Assembly (NCBI GenBank): GCA_963664705.1
Contig: OY761556.1
Location: 4,032,001-4,096,000 of the forward strand
Length of the DNA: 64,000 nucleotides
From: Acidobacteriota bacterium
GTDB taxonomy: Bacteria > Acidobacteriota > UBA6911
Reading direction: 5' to 3'
Shown piece after piece: positions 20,617 to 31,200 of the stretch. Below the pieces are notes generated by a model. The model saw only the letters and a program-made list of their open reading frames with translations. It had not been told where the DNA came from and ran no database searches. The position numbers were made by a program, and so were the translations under genes. How positions within the stretch are numbered: the first letter of the stretch is position 1; every line of letters starts with the position of its first letter.

Positions 20617-21780
20617 TCAGTTGAGTGTTTGCGCTTCCACGGAAAGCACGGGAGGCAAATCCCTCACAACCGCTGTCCAGTCATCGCCGGCATTGGAGGA
20701 CACATACAATTGCCCGCCAGTGGTTCCAAAATAAACCCCGCAAGGATCCAGTGAATCGACGGACATAGCTTCACGCAATACATTCACATAGCAGTCGCGC
20801 TGCGGCAGACCATTGGAAAGAGCTTCCCATTCATTGCCGCCGCTCCGACTTCGGTACACCCGCAGCTTTCCTTCGGGCGGATAATGCAGAGAATCGCTGG
20901 TGATGGGGACAACATAAATCGTATTCGGTTCATGCGCATGAATCTCGATGGGAAAACCGAAATCGGTGGGAAGGTTCCCACTGATTTCGTGCCACGATTC
21001 GCCGGCATCATCACTCCGGTTCACATCCCAGTGCTTCTGCATGAACAATACATTCGGACGGGATGGGTGCATGGCAATCCGATGCACGCAATGCCCCACA
21101 TCCGAAGTGGAATCCGCAAGTTCGTAAGCCGACCTCAGGCCACGGTTTATCGGCCGCCATGTCTCTCCCCCATCATCGGTGCGAAAAACGCCGGCAGCGG
21201 AAATTGCCACGTAGAACCGTCGGGGATTGACGGGATCGAACACAATAGAATGCAACCCCATGCCGCCTGCACCCGGCTGCCACAAATGTCCCTTCGCGCC
21301 ACGCAATCCGGGCAACTCCTGCCATGAGCACCCACCGTCCGAACTTCGGAACAATGCGGCATCTTCGACTCCGGCATAGACAACATCCGGATTATTCAAT
21401 GAAGGCTCGAGGTGCCAGACCCGTTTGAACTCCCACGGCCGAGCCGTTCCGTCATACCACAGGTGGGTTCCGACCTCTCCTTCGTATAAAAACTTATTGC
21501 TTTCGATTTTGGGCATCCCGCCATCGGAAGTGATTCGATTCCCGGCTGGCGGATCCCAGTGCTTCCCACCATCCTCGGAGCGCTGAATGATCTGCCCAAA
21601 CCATCCACTCGTTTGCGAAGCATAGATCCTGTCAGGATTCACCGGAGACCCTTTGACGTGGTAGATTTCCCAGCCTCCAAAATGAGGCCCATCGACATGC
21701 CATTCTTTGCGGCTTCCATCGGATGTCAGAATGAACGCACCCTTTCGTGTGCCGACCAGTACTCGAACTTGGCTCATCAT
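20617..21780 (-). CDS. BNR/Asp-box repeat beta-propeller protein (sialidase/WD40-YVTN-like)
   Basis: Starts [10 protein letters not shown]; repeated Asp boxes ([54 protein letters not shown]). Confidence 0.88.
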   Translation of the reverse strand: MMSQVRVLVGTRKGAFILTSDGSRKEWHVDGPHFGGWEIYHVKGSPVNPDRIYASQTSGWFGQIIQRSEDGGKHWDPPAGNRITSDGGMPKIESNKFLYEGEVGTHLWYDGTARPWEFKRVWHLEPSLNNPDVVYAGVEDAALFRSSDGGCSWQELPGLRGAKGHLWQPGAGGMGLHSIVFDPVNPRRFYVAISAAGVFRTDDGGETWRPINRGLRSAYELADSTSDVGHCVHRIAMHPSRPNVLFMQKHWDVNRSDDAGESWHEISGNLPTDFGFPIEIHAHEPNTIYVVPITSDSLHYPPEGKLRVYRSRSGGNEWEALSNGLPQRDCYVNVLREAMSVDSLDPCGVYFGTTGGQLYVSSNAGDDWTAVVRDLPPVLSVEAQTLN

Positions 21781-21996
21781 CCACCCCCTTCCTGAAATAT
21801 ACCGCCGTCTTGCACTTTCGAACAGAGTTTGCCGGAGTGCCGGTTCGACAGAATGGCGCGTCAAGCAGCCGCTGGAAACCATCCGTAAATTGGGTGGATT
21901 ATTTTTGCTGATTTCGCTACTGGAAGAGGATTCCTGATATAATCCGGGAAATTTTCACACAGAAATTTATATTCCATTGCACGGAGGAACCATAAA

Positions 21997-23730
21997 ATGG
22001 CGGGTCGTAGACTGAAGATGGTACCGATCCTTGCTCTTGTGTTTTCTGCACTGTCCTTCGCACTGCCATGGGCCGGCAAGGACGGCTCAATCGATGTTAC
22101 GGTGGTGGACACAGGCAACCGCCCCATTGGTGGCGCTACAGTTGTACTCCAGGGACCGATGCAAGTCAGAACCGTGTCCAACAGTGTCCCCGTTCCTGCT
22201 CAAATCATGATGCCACCCGAAACCAACGCCACGACAGACACGAGCGGCCATGCAACATTTCAAGGCCTCGCTTCGGGGCAATATAGCCTGCGAGTTCAAA
22301 AAGACGGATATGTTGGATCCGCAACCCCAAGAAATACCAGCTTGCCTTCGTTCGTTTTGACGACGGTCTTCATACAGGAAGGCCAGGCTCCTCAGCAGAT
22401 GGAGTTGACTCTCGAACGAGGAGCCACCATCAGCGGAAAAATCTCCAACTCAAAGGGATCTCCGGTGGCAAACGCGCGAGTATATGCGGGGGTAGTGGGC
22501 TTTCAGAATGGCCGCCGGACGTTTCAGTCACATGCATCCGCACAGACAGATGATCGAGGCGATTTCCGGCTCTTCTGGTTCGGTCCGGGCGAATATTACA
22601 TCGTATGCGAATGGATGCAGCGGTCCGGCCCCGTCATGGCACCCGATTTTGTCCGAACGTTCTACCCTGGAACAACCGAATTTGAAAAATCGAAACCGGT
22701 ACGTATCACGGGCACAGATGCAGCCGGAATCAACTTCAAAGTGCAGAATATGAAAACCTATCGCATTCACGGCAAGGTGATCGATCTGCCCTCATCCCCC
22801 ACAGGTTCCCGCATGTTGCCTACATTTACACTTGCAGCACGCGATTCGAACGAATTGGATATGCCCACATCGTCTTCACCCCCCAGCCGAATGAACTTTG
22901 AAACCGGGGAATTCGAGCTTATGGGTGTCGCGCCCGGGTCCTGGACTCTTTTCGCAACTTTGATTCAGCCCAATGTTCGAAGCGATCCAGGGCGACCCAA
23001 TATGCCCCAATACCTCGGCGGACGTGTCTCTATCGACGTACGCGATAAGGATGTTAACGATCTGCAAATTGCAATGTTTTCCGTAAATATTAAGGGGAAG
23101 GTGATTTTTCCGAAATCCGGCACCGCGATTTTCTCTGGCCTGCCGATCCAATACATACGGGTCAGCCTGCAGCCGCGCGAAGGAATTCCATCCTTCGTTT
23201 ATGGAGCAACGCAATCTGCGCCCATAAGTAATGAAGGGGACTTTACTTTTCCCGGCGTACCGCCAGGCAGATACGGCATTTCCATCTCGGCTCCCGGGAC
23301 CATTGAGGACATACAGGTCGGCTCCAAAAGCATCATGAACGATGGCATCATCAACGTTGGAGCGGAGTCCCCCGACTTTATTAAGATCATTCTTGCAGAA
23401 AGAACGAGTGGAATTTCAGGTTTGGTTACCGGAATCAGCCCCAGTACAACAGTCGAACAACTGTGGTCAACACGTGTCGTGCTGGTTCCCGATCCACCAA
23501 GACGGCAGAATACTATACTCTACCGATCCGTCGAGCTTTCAGGCATGCGCGGTAATTTTTTCATCAGTTCCGTTCCTCCGGGCAGCTATAAGATCTTTGC
23601 CGTGGAAGGACTGCAGCAGGGAGCCGAACTGGATCCGGCATTTATTGCCCGCTATGAGAATCGCGGAGTCACGATCCATGTTTCGGACCAGGGGGTTAAT
23701 TCAATACAAGTCCGATGGATTCGAAAATAG
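21997..23730 (+). CDS. Secreted protein with repeated carboxypeptidase-regulatory-like (CnaB/transthyretin-fold) domains
   Basis: GGAGG RBS and signal peptide; repeats TTDTSGHATFQGLASGQY, TDDRGDFRLFWFGPGEY, EGDFTFPGVPPGRY, GNFFISSVPPGSYKI. Confidence 0.85.
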   Translation: MAGRRLKMVPILALVFSALSFALPWAGKDGSIDVTVVDTGNRPIGGATVVLQGPMQVRTVSNSVPVPAQIMMPPETNATTDTSGHATFQGLASGQYSLRVQKDGYVGSATPRNTSLPSFVLTTVFIQEGQAPQQMELTLERGATISGKISNSKGSPVANARVYAGVVGFQNGRRTFQSHASAQTDDRGDFRLFWFGPGEYYIVCEWMQRSGPVMAPDFVRTFYPGTTEFEKSKPVRITGTDAAGINFKVQNMKTYRIHGKVIDLPSSPTGSRMLPTFTLAARDSNELDMPTSSSPPSRMNFETGEFELMGVAPGSWTLFATLIQPNVRSDPGRPNMPQYLGGRVSIDVRDKDVNDLQIAMFSVNIKGKVIFPKSGTAIFSGLPIQYIRVSLQPREGIPSFVYGATQSAPISNEGDFTFPGVPPGRYGISISAPGTIEDIQVGSKSIMNDGIINVGAESPDFIKIILAERTSGISGLVTGISPSTTVEQLWSTRVVLVPDPPRRQNTILYRSVELSGMRGNFFISSVPPGSYKIFAVEGLQQGAELDPAFIARYENRGVTIHVSDQGVNSIQVRWIRK

Positions 23731-23766
23731 GGTACAATCCGGCAAACAACTTCGGAGGCGGCAACA

Positions 23767-26166
23767 GTGGACTATCGACCATGGACGTGGAAGGTGCCGG
23801 AAAACGGCGCGGAATTGAGTCGGACCATGACTCGGCAGGATGCGTTTGAACGAGTCAGCGGCCAGGCGGTCTTTACTCGAGATGTACAACTCCCCGGAAT
23901 GCTGTATGCCAAGATACTTCTCTCCCCATACGCCAGCGCAAGAATCAAGAGCATCGACACCAGCAGGGCTCTGGCTCTTGTAGGCGTTCGCGACATACTC
24001 AAGTATGACGATCCGGATATTGCCTTCGACAACGAAAACGGGCCGTACTTCGAAGTGTCCCGCAATTACAATATCCTGACCTTGCCGGGAACCGCGGATT
24101 TCTTCGAACACCCGATGGGCGCAGTTGTCGTGGCCGATAGCGAAGAAATTTGCGATCGCGCGCTCCGGCTATTAAAAATCGATTGGGTGGAAACGCCGTT
24201 CATCCTTGATATGGCGGAATCGCTCAAGCCGGATGCACCCAAAGTCATGCCGGAAGTAAAGCGGCTGAATCCGAAAGCCCAGGAACCTAACACTATTCTG
24301 ACTGACAGATCTGAAATTGGGAATGTGGAGCAGGGCTTTTCGGAGGCGGATAAGGTCGTCGATTACACGATTACGCGCGCCAGGAACACCACTGCCGGAG
24401 TCGAACCGATTGTATGCGTTGCCCAGTGGAGGGGCGAATTCCTGGATTTGTGGGTTCACCACCAGGACCTTCCCCAGGCGGTACTGACAACTCCGAATAC
24501 CATCCGTGAAAAAGCACTGCCGCCCGTTGCGGATTGGACCAAGATTACGGTTACCATGCCTTACCAGGGTTCCTGGTTCGGCGGATTTTCATGGCTGGCG
24601 TACTCCTATGCTTTCGTGCGGCTTGCCGCCATTGTTGCGAAGAGAGCCGGCGGAAAGCCCGTAAAGCTGCTCTGGGATGAAAGCGGCTATTATTGCGGCG
24701 GCGACGATGCCGGCATCTATAAATGCAAAGTCGGCGCCAAAAAGGACGGGACTATTACAGCCCTTCATTGGCACATGCAGGGAATCCGGAACCCTGCCGT
24801 CGAGAAGACGCACGTCAGCACAAAGATCCCGAACATCCTGGGAACCCAGGAGTGGGCTCTGATCAACAAGGGACACAATATGTGCTTCCGGCATGGTGCC
24901 CATACATGCGTTCCGCACAATGTCATGTTTGATCGCGTGGCAGCGGAAATGGGTCTGGACCCAACTCTGGTGGCACTGAAAAACGACGGATGCAATGGAC
25001 ATGACTGGGATTGGGTGACGCGCTACCAGAAAGAAAACAGTTTCCCTGAAAGATGGAGCCTGAAGGAAGTAATCGAGAAAGGGAAAAAGGCTATCGACTG
25101 GGACAGGAAATGGCACGCCCCCGGGACAAAGAAACTCTCAAACGGGAAGATGCACGGCATGGGATTCATCCACGTAAACGAATGGCACTGGCATGCTCCC
25201 ATACCGGGCATCTCATTCGCGTGCGTGGCATTGCGCGAAGGCAAAGCTGCCATTATTGCGGTCCGCTGCGATATGGGAATCGATACGGAGTCGAGCGCCC
25301 GTTTGAGTGTGGCGTCAGAAATCGGACTGAAATACGAGGATACCGTTATCCAGGAACGCCGGTCCGACAACAGCAATTTTCACTTCTGGCAGCCCGGAGG
25401 CTCTTTCGGAACAAATTACATCACGACGCAGCTCATCCTGGCCGCAAGGGAAATCAGGAAAAAGCTTCTGGAATATGCAACCAAGCCCAAGCCTGCGGTG
25501 TTCCTGACTCCGTCACAATCCGCACCATTCCCGAATCTGAAGCCGGAAGAGCTCGATATTAAAGACAGTGTGATTTTTGAAAAAGCCAATCCCCAAAACA
25601 GGCGAACGGTGCGTGAAGTAGCGGATCCCTGGTGGGTTCTTGATCCACCTATATCCCATCCCGTGGCAGGAAACCTGTACGGGCTGACCGTCGACGGCAA
25701 ACCGGATCCGGAAATGTATGCAATGGCCCGGCAAGCCCACTTTATTGAAGTCGAAGTCGACACCGAAACCGGAATGGTGGATGTAACCCAAGTCGTCTGC
25801 GTCAATGACGTGGGACATCTCTTCAACCGCAAAGGAGCGGAAGCGCAACAATACGGCGGTTCCGTCATGGGGCTCAGCCGGAGTGCCATGGAAGAGCATG
25901 TGTTCTGCCCGCGAACCGGAGTTGCGCTGAATTACGATCTGGTCGGTTATCACATTGGGACAATGAACGACTACCCATCGGCGCAATGTCTGATTAACGA
26001 GAGCCACCTGGGATACGCCGCCTATGGTTCCTACGGAATCGGGGAAAACATCGGCGCCAGCATGTCGGGAGTCACCACCCCTGCCATTTTCAATGCGACC
26101 GGCAAGTGGGTACTGGACTATCCGACAACTCCCGATCGTGTCCTGAAGGCTCTGGGCAGAATTTAG
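23767..26166 (+). CDS. Xanthine dehydrogenase-family molybdopterin-binding (large) subunit
   Basis: GTG start after GGAGG. Motifs: RQDAFERVSGQAVFTRDV.LPGMLYAKILLSPYASARI, AHFIEVEVDTETG, QQYGGSVMGLS, YGIGE (catalytic Glu position), AIFNATG...PTTPDRVLKAL. Confidence 0.92.
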   Translation: MDYRPWTWKVPENGAELSRTMTRQDAFERVSGQAVFTRDVQLPGMLYAKILLSPYASARIKSIDTSRALALVGVRDILKYDDPDIAFDNENGPYFEVSRNYNILTLPGTADFFEHPMGAVVVADSEEICDRALRLLKIDWVETPFILDMAESLKPDAPKVMPEVKRLNPKAQEPNTILTDRSEIGNVEQGFSEADKVVDYTITRARNTTAGVEPIVCVAQWRGEFLDLWVHHQDLPQAVLTTPNTIREKALPPVADWTKITVTMPYQGSWFGGFSWLAYSYAFVRLAAIVAKRAGGKPVKLLWDESGYYCGGDDAGIYKCKVGAKKDGTITALHWHMQGIRNPAVEKTHVSTKIPNILGTQEWALINKGHNMCFRHGAHTCVPHNVMFDRVAAEMGLDPTLVALKNDGCNGHDWDWVTRYQKENSFPERWSLKEVIEKGKKAIDWDRKWHAPGTKKLSNGKMHGMGFIHVNEWHWHAPIPGISFACVALREGKAAIIAVRCDMGIDTESSARLSVASEIGLKYEDTVIQERRSDNSNFHFWQPGGSFGTNYITTQLILAAREIRKKLLEYATKPKPAVFLTPSQSAPFPNLKPEELDIKDSVIFEKANPQNRRTVREVADPWWVLDPPISHPVAGNLYGLTVDGKPDPEMYAMARQAHFIEVEVDTETGMVDVTQVVCVNDVGHLFNRKGAEAQQYGGSVMGLSRSAMEEHVFCPRTGVALNYDLVGYHIGTMNDYPSAQCLINESHLGYAAYGSYGIGENIGASMSGVTTPAIFNATGKWVLDYPTTPDRVLKALGRI

Positions 26167-26268
26167 GAGCTCAGGATTTCGCCGCGGATTTGCTGGCTCT
26201 TTGGGACGGGAAGCATTATTGATACCAATAGCTGACGGCACATCCCATTGGCGTTGAGAGGTTGTTCA

Positions 26269-28101
26269 ATGAAACCTGATCCGGAGATATCGAGAAGGAG
26301 TTTCCTCAAAGAGAGCAGTTCCGCCATCGGCGGTGCGGCGCTATCTGGAGCCGCGGCTGCGGCCGAAGCTGCGCCGGGCGCCAAACTCACGCTTCTGGAC
26401 CCCACCGGCGCGCAGGAAATCACGCATCTTTTCGCCCCGCGCCTGCCAGACCTGAATGGCAAAATCATCGCGGAACTGGCTGTGGATCCTACAAAATGGC
26501 AGCCTCACCGGACAATGCCATATATTGAAGAGCTCCTGAAGAAGCAATTCCCTTCCATCCGGTTCATCCCCATGCAGGAATTCCCAATGGGGATTCAAAT
26601 CAGCGAGGACAGGGTTATTCAGCTGGTGGCGGCAAAGAAGCCGGATGCCGTTATTATCGGCAACGCGGGTTGAGGGTCGTGCGCTGCCGCCAGCGGAGGT
26701 GCCGCTGCAAAACTGGAAAAACTCGGAATTCCCACCGTCATCATTCAACGCAAGGAGTTGATGGCCGCCACACGTCAGGCCATTATGGGCCAAGGACTCC
26801 CGGCCGAAGCACCCTGGGTTGTATTTGAATACCCGTTATTCCTTGTCGACAGCGATCTGAGCCCGATCAAGGGAAAATACTCTGAGATTGTGCATGCCCT
26901 GACTCAATGGCAGCCTCAAAACAATAGGAAAGGAATTTACAATAAAGCACCCGTGGAAGTTACGGGAAAGGACTATGAGGATGCGCTGGCAAAGGCCAAT
27001 TACCTGTTCCTGAAGAAAAACTGGAGTGACGGGCTAGCCCTTTTTCCGCCCACTCGAAACCGCGTGAACTGGATACTGACGGGAACGGATCATAGCCCGG
27101 ACGAGAAGGTCGGCGGAGGATCCGGAAAGGTGGCGCCCAAGGAGGGCATCCTCACCTATGAAGTTCTTGCGACCTGTATGGCGATGGCCGGAGGGCGCCC
27201 GGAATATATGCCGGTGGCTGAAGCCGTGTGCAAGACTATCGTCGAGAAACAGAATACGCTGATGACCAGTTCTGGTGGGGCTTATCAGGGAATCTGCGTC
27301 AATGGGTCCGTGGCAAAACAGATTCGCTTGAATTCCCGCTTCAGTCTTTTCGGCCCAAATCCAAACCATCCGGCAGGCGGAGCCATCGGCCGGTGCATTT
27401 CGCTTGTACTGATGAATGTCGGCGGTCATGTGGCCGGACAGGGAACTATTGCGGAATACGGGGAAATGCGCTTCACCGGTCTGTGTTTTGCGGAAAACGA
27501 GGAGAGTCTTCCCAAAGGCTGGTCCACATTCACGGAAGACAAATACAAACGCCCCAAGGGCACCAATTCGGCAACCTTTTTCATCACCTTCCTGGGCGGC
27601 CTGCGTCCTTTTGTACACAGGGGCTCGGGAGATGAACCGAATTTCGAAACCGAAATGAAGGAGAGCTTCTTCCGGGCGGCCGCCGTAATGAAAAATATCT
27701 GGACGACAAGCCACAGCGCAACTCCCGGCTCCCCCGGCATCATGTTCTACAATTCAATGATTTGCGGCAATATGGCAAAGATCGGATGGACGAAGGAAAA
27801 GATCCGGGCCCATCTGGCGGAAGTTCTTTTTGCGACTGCGGAGGAAATAAAGGACCGGACGGATGTGCAGCGATCTGCGGCCGCACTGAAGGTCGATATG
27901 TCCAATTTGCCACCGCGAATCCCCTTGATGACCGACTCCAGAAACATCAATTTTATTTGCGCCGGCGGAGACCATCCTTCACTGGCCATGTGGCTGGCTG
28001 GCGTCACCTTTCTGGGAAATACGGAGATCCAGTTGCCCGGGAATTGGGAGGCGTTACTTGCACAAGCCGAGCAGGACCTGGGGCCGATTCCTGTGTTGTG
28101 A
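26269..28101 (+). CDS. UGSC-family selenoprotein with Tat signal, fused to a C-terminal 'WSDGL..PPT' domain; in-frame UGA at 26671-26673 read as Sec (residue 135 of 610)
   Basis: Track ORFs 26248-26673 and 26758-28101 share a frame (offset 510 = 170 codons). The only interruption is the TGA in GGC AAC GCG GGT TGA GGG TCG TGC = GNAG-U-GSC, continuing AAASGGAAAKLEKLGIPTV. The N-terminus MKPDPEISRRSFLK...AEA is a Tat signal. Confidence 0.88.
26674..26709 (+). promoter_or_regulatory. Candidate bacterial SECIS element
   Basis: Hairpin CAGCGG-AGGTG-CCGCTG at 26691-26707. The apical loop starts 23 nt after the UGA and has G at its second position, fitting the general bacterial SECIS model. Confidence 0.7.
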
Positions 28102-28171
28102 CAAAGGTCCCGGGAATACTCGAGCCGGATCACACTTTTTCGTCAGCTTTGAATACCCAGGCCTGCAGCGT

Positions 28172-28199
28172 GAAGGGGGCAGCGAATGCTGCCCCCTTC
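28172..28199. terminator. Hairpin between convergent genes
   Basis: Perfect 12-bp stem GAAGGGGGCAGC / GCTGCCCCCTTC with a GAAT loop. Confidence 0.7.
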
Positions 28200-28203
28200 C
28201 TGC

Positions 28204-31200
28204 CTAAAACTGGAACTTAAGGACTGCCTGTCCCTGGCGCGCTCCGGAAGGATTGGCGGTATTGATGTACCCGAATCCACCGGTCGGCTTGCCGCTGGTA
28301 TCCCTCGTCTGCGTGGACAGCGCATTTGTCGATGAGGGTCCGGGAACATTCGTGCGGTTGAAAATATTCTGAAAGTCAATTCTCAGGCTGATTTTCATCC
28401 CTTCCCTGAAATGGAAGATCCGCTCAATATTCATGCTCTCGGCGGGCACTCGCCTTGACCGGTAGTCGTCGTAATACACGGCCCCGGTTCCAAACGTGCC
28501 TGGTGCAGGGTCGGACCATGCAGCAGGATTCAGGACGAAGTCCTTGTTCGGATCAAAGCAAGTCGTACAGTTGATATCCTTTGTCCAGAGCGGCTGGCCG
28601 GGAACGCGGTTCGCATAGGTGCTCATATAAAGCACCGAAGAGAGCGCATTCTGAGCAACCGGCGCCGCTATCGGCGTTCCGCTTGCATACTGAACCATAG
28701 CTCCAACCGTCCAGCCGCTGATGGCAAGCGAGAGAGGTTTATAAATGTTCAATTTGGGAAGTCGATAGTTCCCAGCAAACATGAACACGAAGGGCCGGGA
28801 GAATGACGACAGATACTTGTTGGTTCTGCGGTCAAAAACATTGTTCACCGCTCCGCCGCCGGTCCCGCCGGTTTCGTTTTCGGAGCCCATCATGAGCTCC
28901 TTTGCCCAGGTAAATGTGGAGGTGAAGTCGAAGCCATGGGAAAACCGTTTGCTGGCCTTTACCTGCAGCGCGTCATACCAGGTTCTGCCAAGTGGAGCCC
29001 AACGATAGGTAATGTTGCCGTACTGCGGGAATGGTCGCAAGGACTGGGCCAAAGTCTGGGTCATAAGGAATCCCGAATAAGGCGCTTTAAATCCGCGAGC
29101 CTGAACCGCAGCGCTACTCAGGGCCGAGGTCAGCAGGTCACGATCAGTCTTCAGCGTGACATCCAGTCCCTTGCTTTGCAGATATTCCGGAGTCAGCGCA
29201 TTGACGTTGATCAGATTTCCATTGACCCACCAGGCGCCACGGTTGCCGACATAGGAGACTTCGATCGCCAGGTCTTTATAGATCTCCCGCTGGATGCCAA
29301 TGCTCCACTGGATCTGCCGCGGCGGCCTTCCGGCATTTCCGTCGACGGCGGAAACCGCCTGGGCTGCCTTGTTCGGAATTACAAACAGGCCCGCATCATA
29401 TACCGGCCACATGCCCGGAGTCGGAGGGCCATCCTGAAGCAGCATCGCCGCAGTTCCGCTGCCCGTAGGTGCGCTGAATGGATTGTTGGATCCGTTCCCC
29501 AAAGAGGTCCGGTTTTCATTTGCGGTTTGTCCGTAGGCAATGCCCCAGCCTGCGCGCAGAACGGTTTTGGGAAGGAACTGATAAGCAATCCCCAGCCGTG
29601 GCCCGAAGGCAAACGGATAATTCCTGCCGAACCTCACATCATTTCTTTCAAAGATCATGGCTCCTAGAAGGCCACCGGCATTGGGATTCGCCGTCGTTGG
29701 AGAAAAGCTCGGAATGCGACCGTACGTATCGTGCAAATATGTCTGATAGTCGTATCGCAGACCATAATCCAATGTCAGCTTGCGGGTCACCTTCCAGCTG
29801 TCCTGTGCAAAGAATGCCCAGGACTGCTTGCCCTGCCGCACCGCACTCGGAACCCCTATGTTGCCGTTGTCCACCATGCCAAGAAGGAAGCTGGCATAGG
29901 CAAACCCAATCGATCCCCCGGCCAATTGCGAGCTTTTCCCGAAAGTCGAGGGGAGCCCGGTCTGGCTGGTGGAAAAATTGTAAACACCATAGGAATTGTC
30001 CAACATAATGGTCGGAAATCCGTCCAATCTCATTTCCGCGCCAAATTTGAGAGTGTGGTTGGATTTGACCCAGGTGAAACTGGCAGCCGCCTCCGGCCGT
30101 TCCATATGTGAATCGCTTTGTGTTGTCGGGCCGGCCGCAGCGCCCAATCTTGTTCCCAGCCCTCCTCGAGTCGTACTGGCCGTTCCACCCAGTACTGGGA
30201 ATCGATTGCTATAGGATCCTTTGAGGCCGAGTTCTTTCAGCTGATCGAATTCCGGAAGAACATAATCCGGCCAGACAGAGCCATGAAAGCCAATCTGCAA
30301 ATGCAGGAGCTTCGTCGGGGACAGAGTCTGATCAAAACTCAACCGCAGCGTTTTGGAGTTTGTGTTGGTGGGCCGGAAATTGGTCAGAGGGGTTTTTATC
30401 CCGTCATCGCCCCCTCGAGCCACTCCTTCAAAACTCGCGCCGTACGCCGATATTTTGGAATGAGCACTGATGTACCAGTCAAGCTTTGCGGATGGAACGT
30501 TCTGATGGCCAGGATAGGGCCATGGATCCAAATAGTTATTGATTAGTTTGGTCTGATCCGTTGCGTGCGGGATAAATCGGTCCTGAACGATACGTGCAAC
30601 CGTGTCAAACCGCTCTACCGGAATCTGATTATTCACGAACATATCCCGGTATCCCGCGATGCCGTTTACCGTGCGGGTTGTTGCCGGATCATATAGCTGG
30701 CCTTCTTTGATCGTACGCCCGAAATCGTCCATGCCGAGTGTCTTGCCGGTGTAGGCTTCGCTGAAATCACCGTTGCGCATTTTGTCGGTGGGCATCGTCC
30801 ACGAAGTATTGACCATCTGAGTTCTACGCGAGGCTTCAAAATTCACAAAAAAGTACATCTTCTTCTGCCGCCCGTCCCAAAGTCCCGGGATAGTGACAGG
30901 GCCGCCGACATTAAAGCCTGGAACAAACACTCTGCTCTTTGCCTTGATGCCGGTATAGGGCTGCGCTGAGTTCAATTTTTCATGGTTCCAGTACAGGTAC
31001 GCGCTGCCATGATATTCGCTGGTGCCCGACTTGGTGGTCATGTTAACGATCCCGCCGCCCGCCTGCCCGTACTCTGCTGAATAATTGCTGGTCAAGATCG
31101 TCACTTCTTCAAGTGCATCCACGCTCGGTTGAGAGTCTTTTGTGGTCCCAATGGAAGTTGCATTGTTCGCTTCCATGCCTTCCACTCTCATGGATTGCGT

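Noticed and set aside
26164-26240. TAG (pyrrolysine) read-through of the Mo subunit
   Set aside because: The protein ends at its normal family C-terminus (PDRVLKALGRI) and an in-frame TGA follows within about 23 codons.
26230-26256. Sigma-54 promoter upstream of the selenoprotein (CGGCAC...TTGGC)
   Set aside because: GG-to-GC spacing does not match the obligatory GG-N10-GC.
26248-26673. Stand-alone 141-aa ORF (and a separate 447-aa ORF at 26758), or a nonsense-mutation pseudogene
   Set aside because: The stop falls exactly at the U of a UGSC motif, the frame continues, and a SECIS-like hairpin follows. Recoding explains this better than two genes or a pseudogene.
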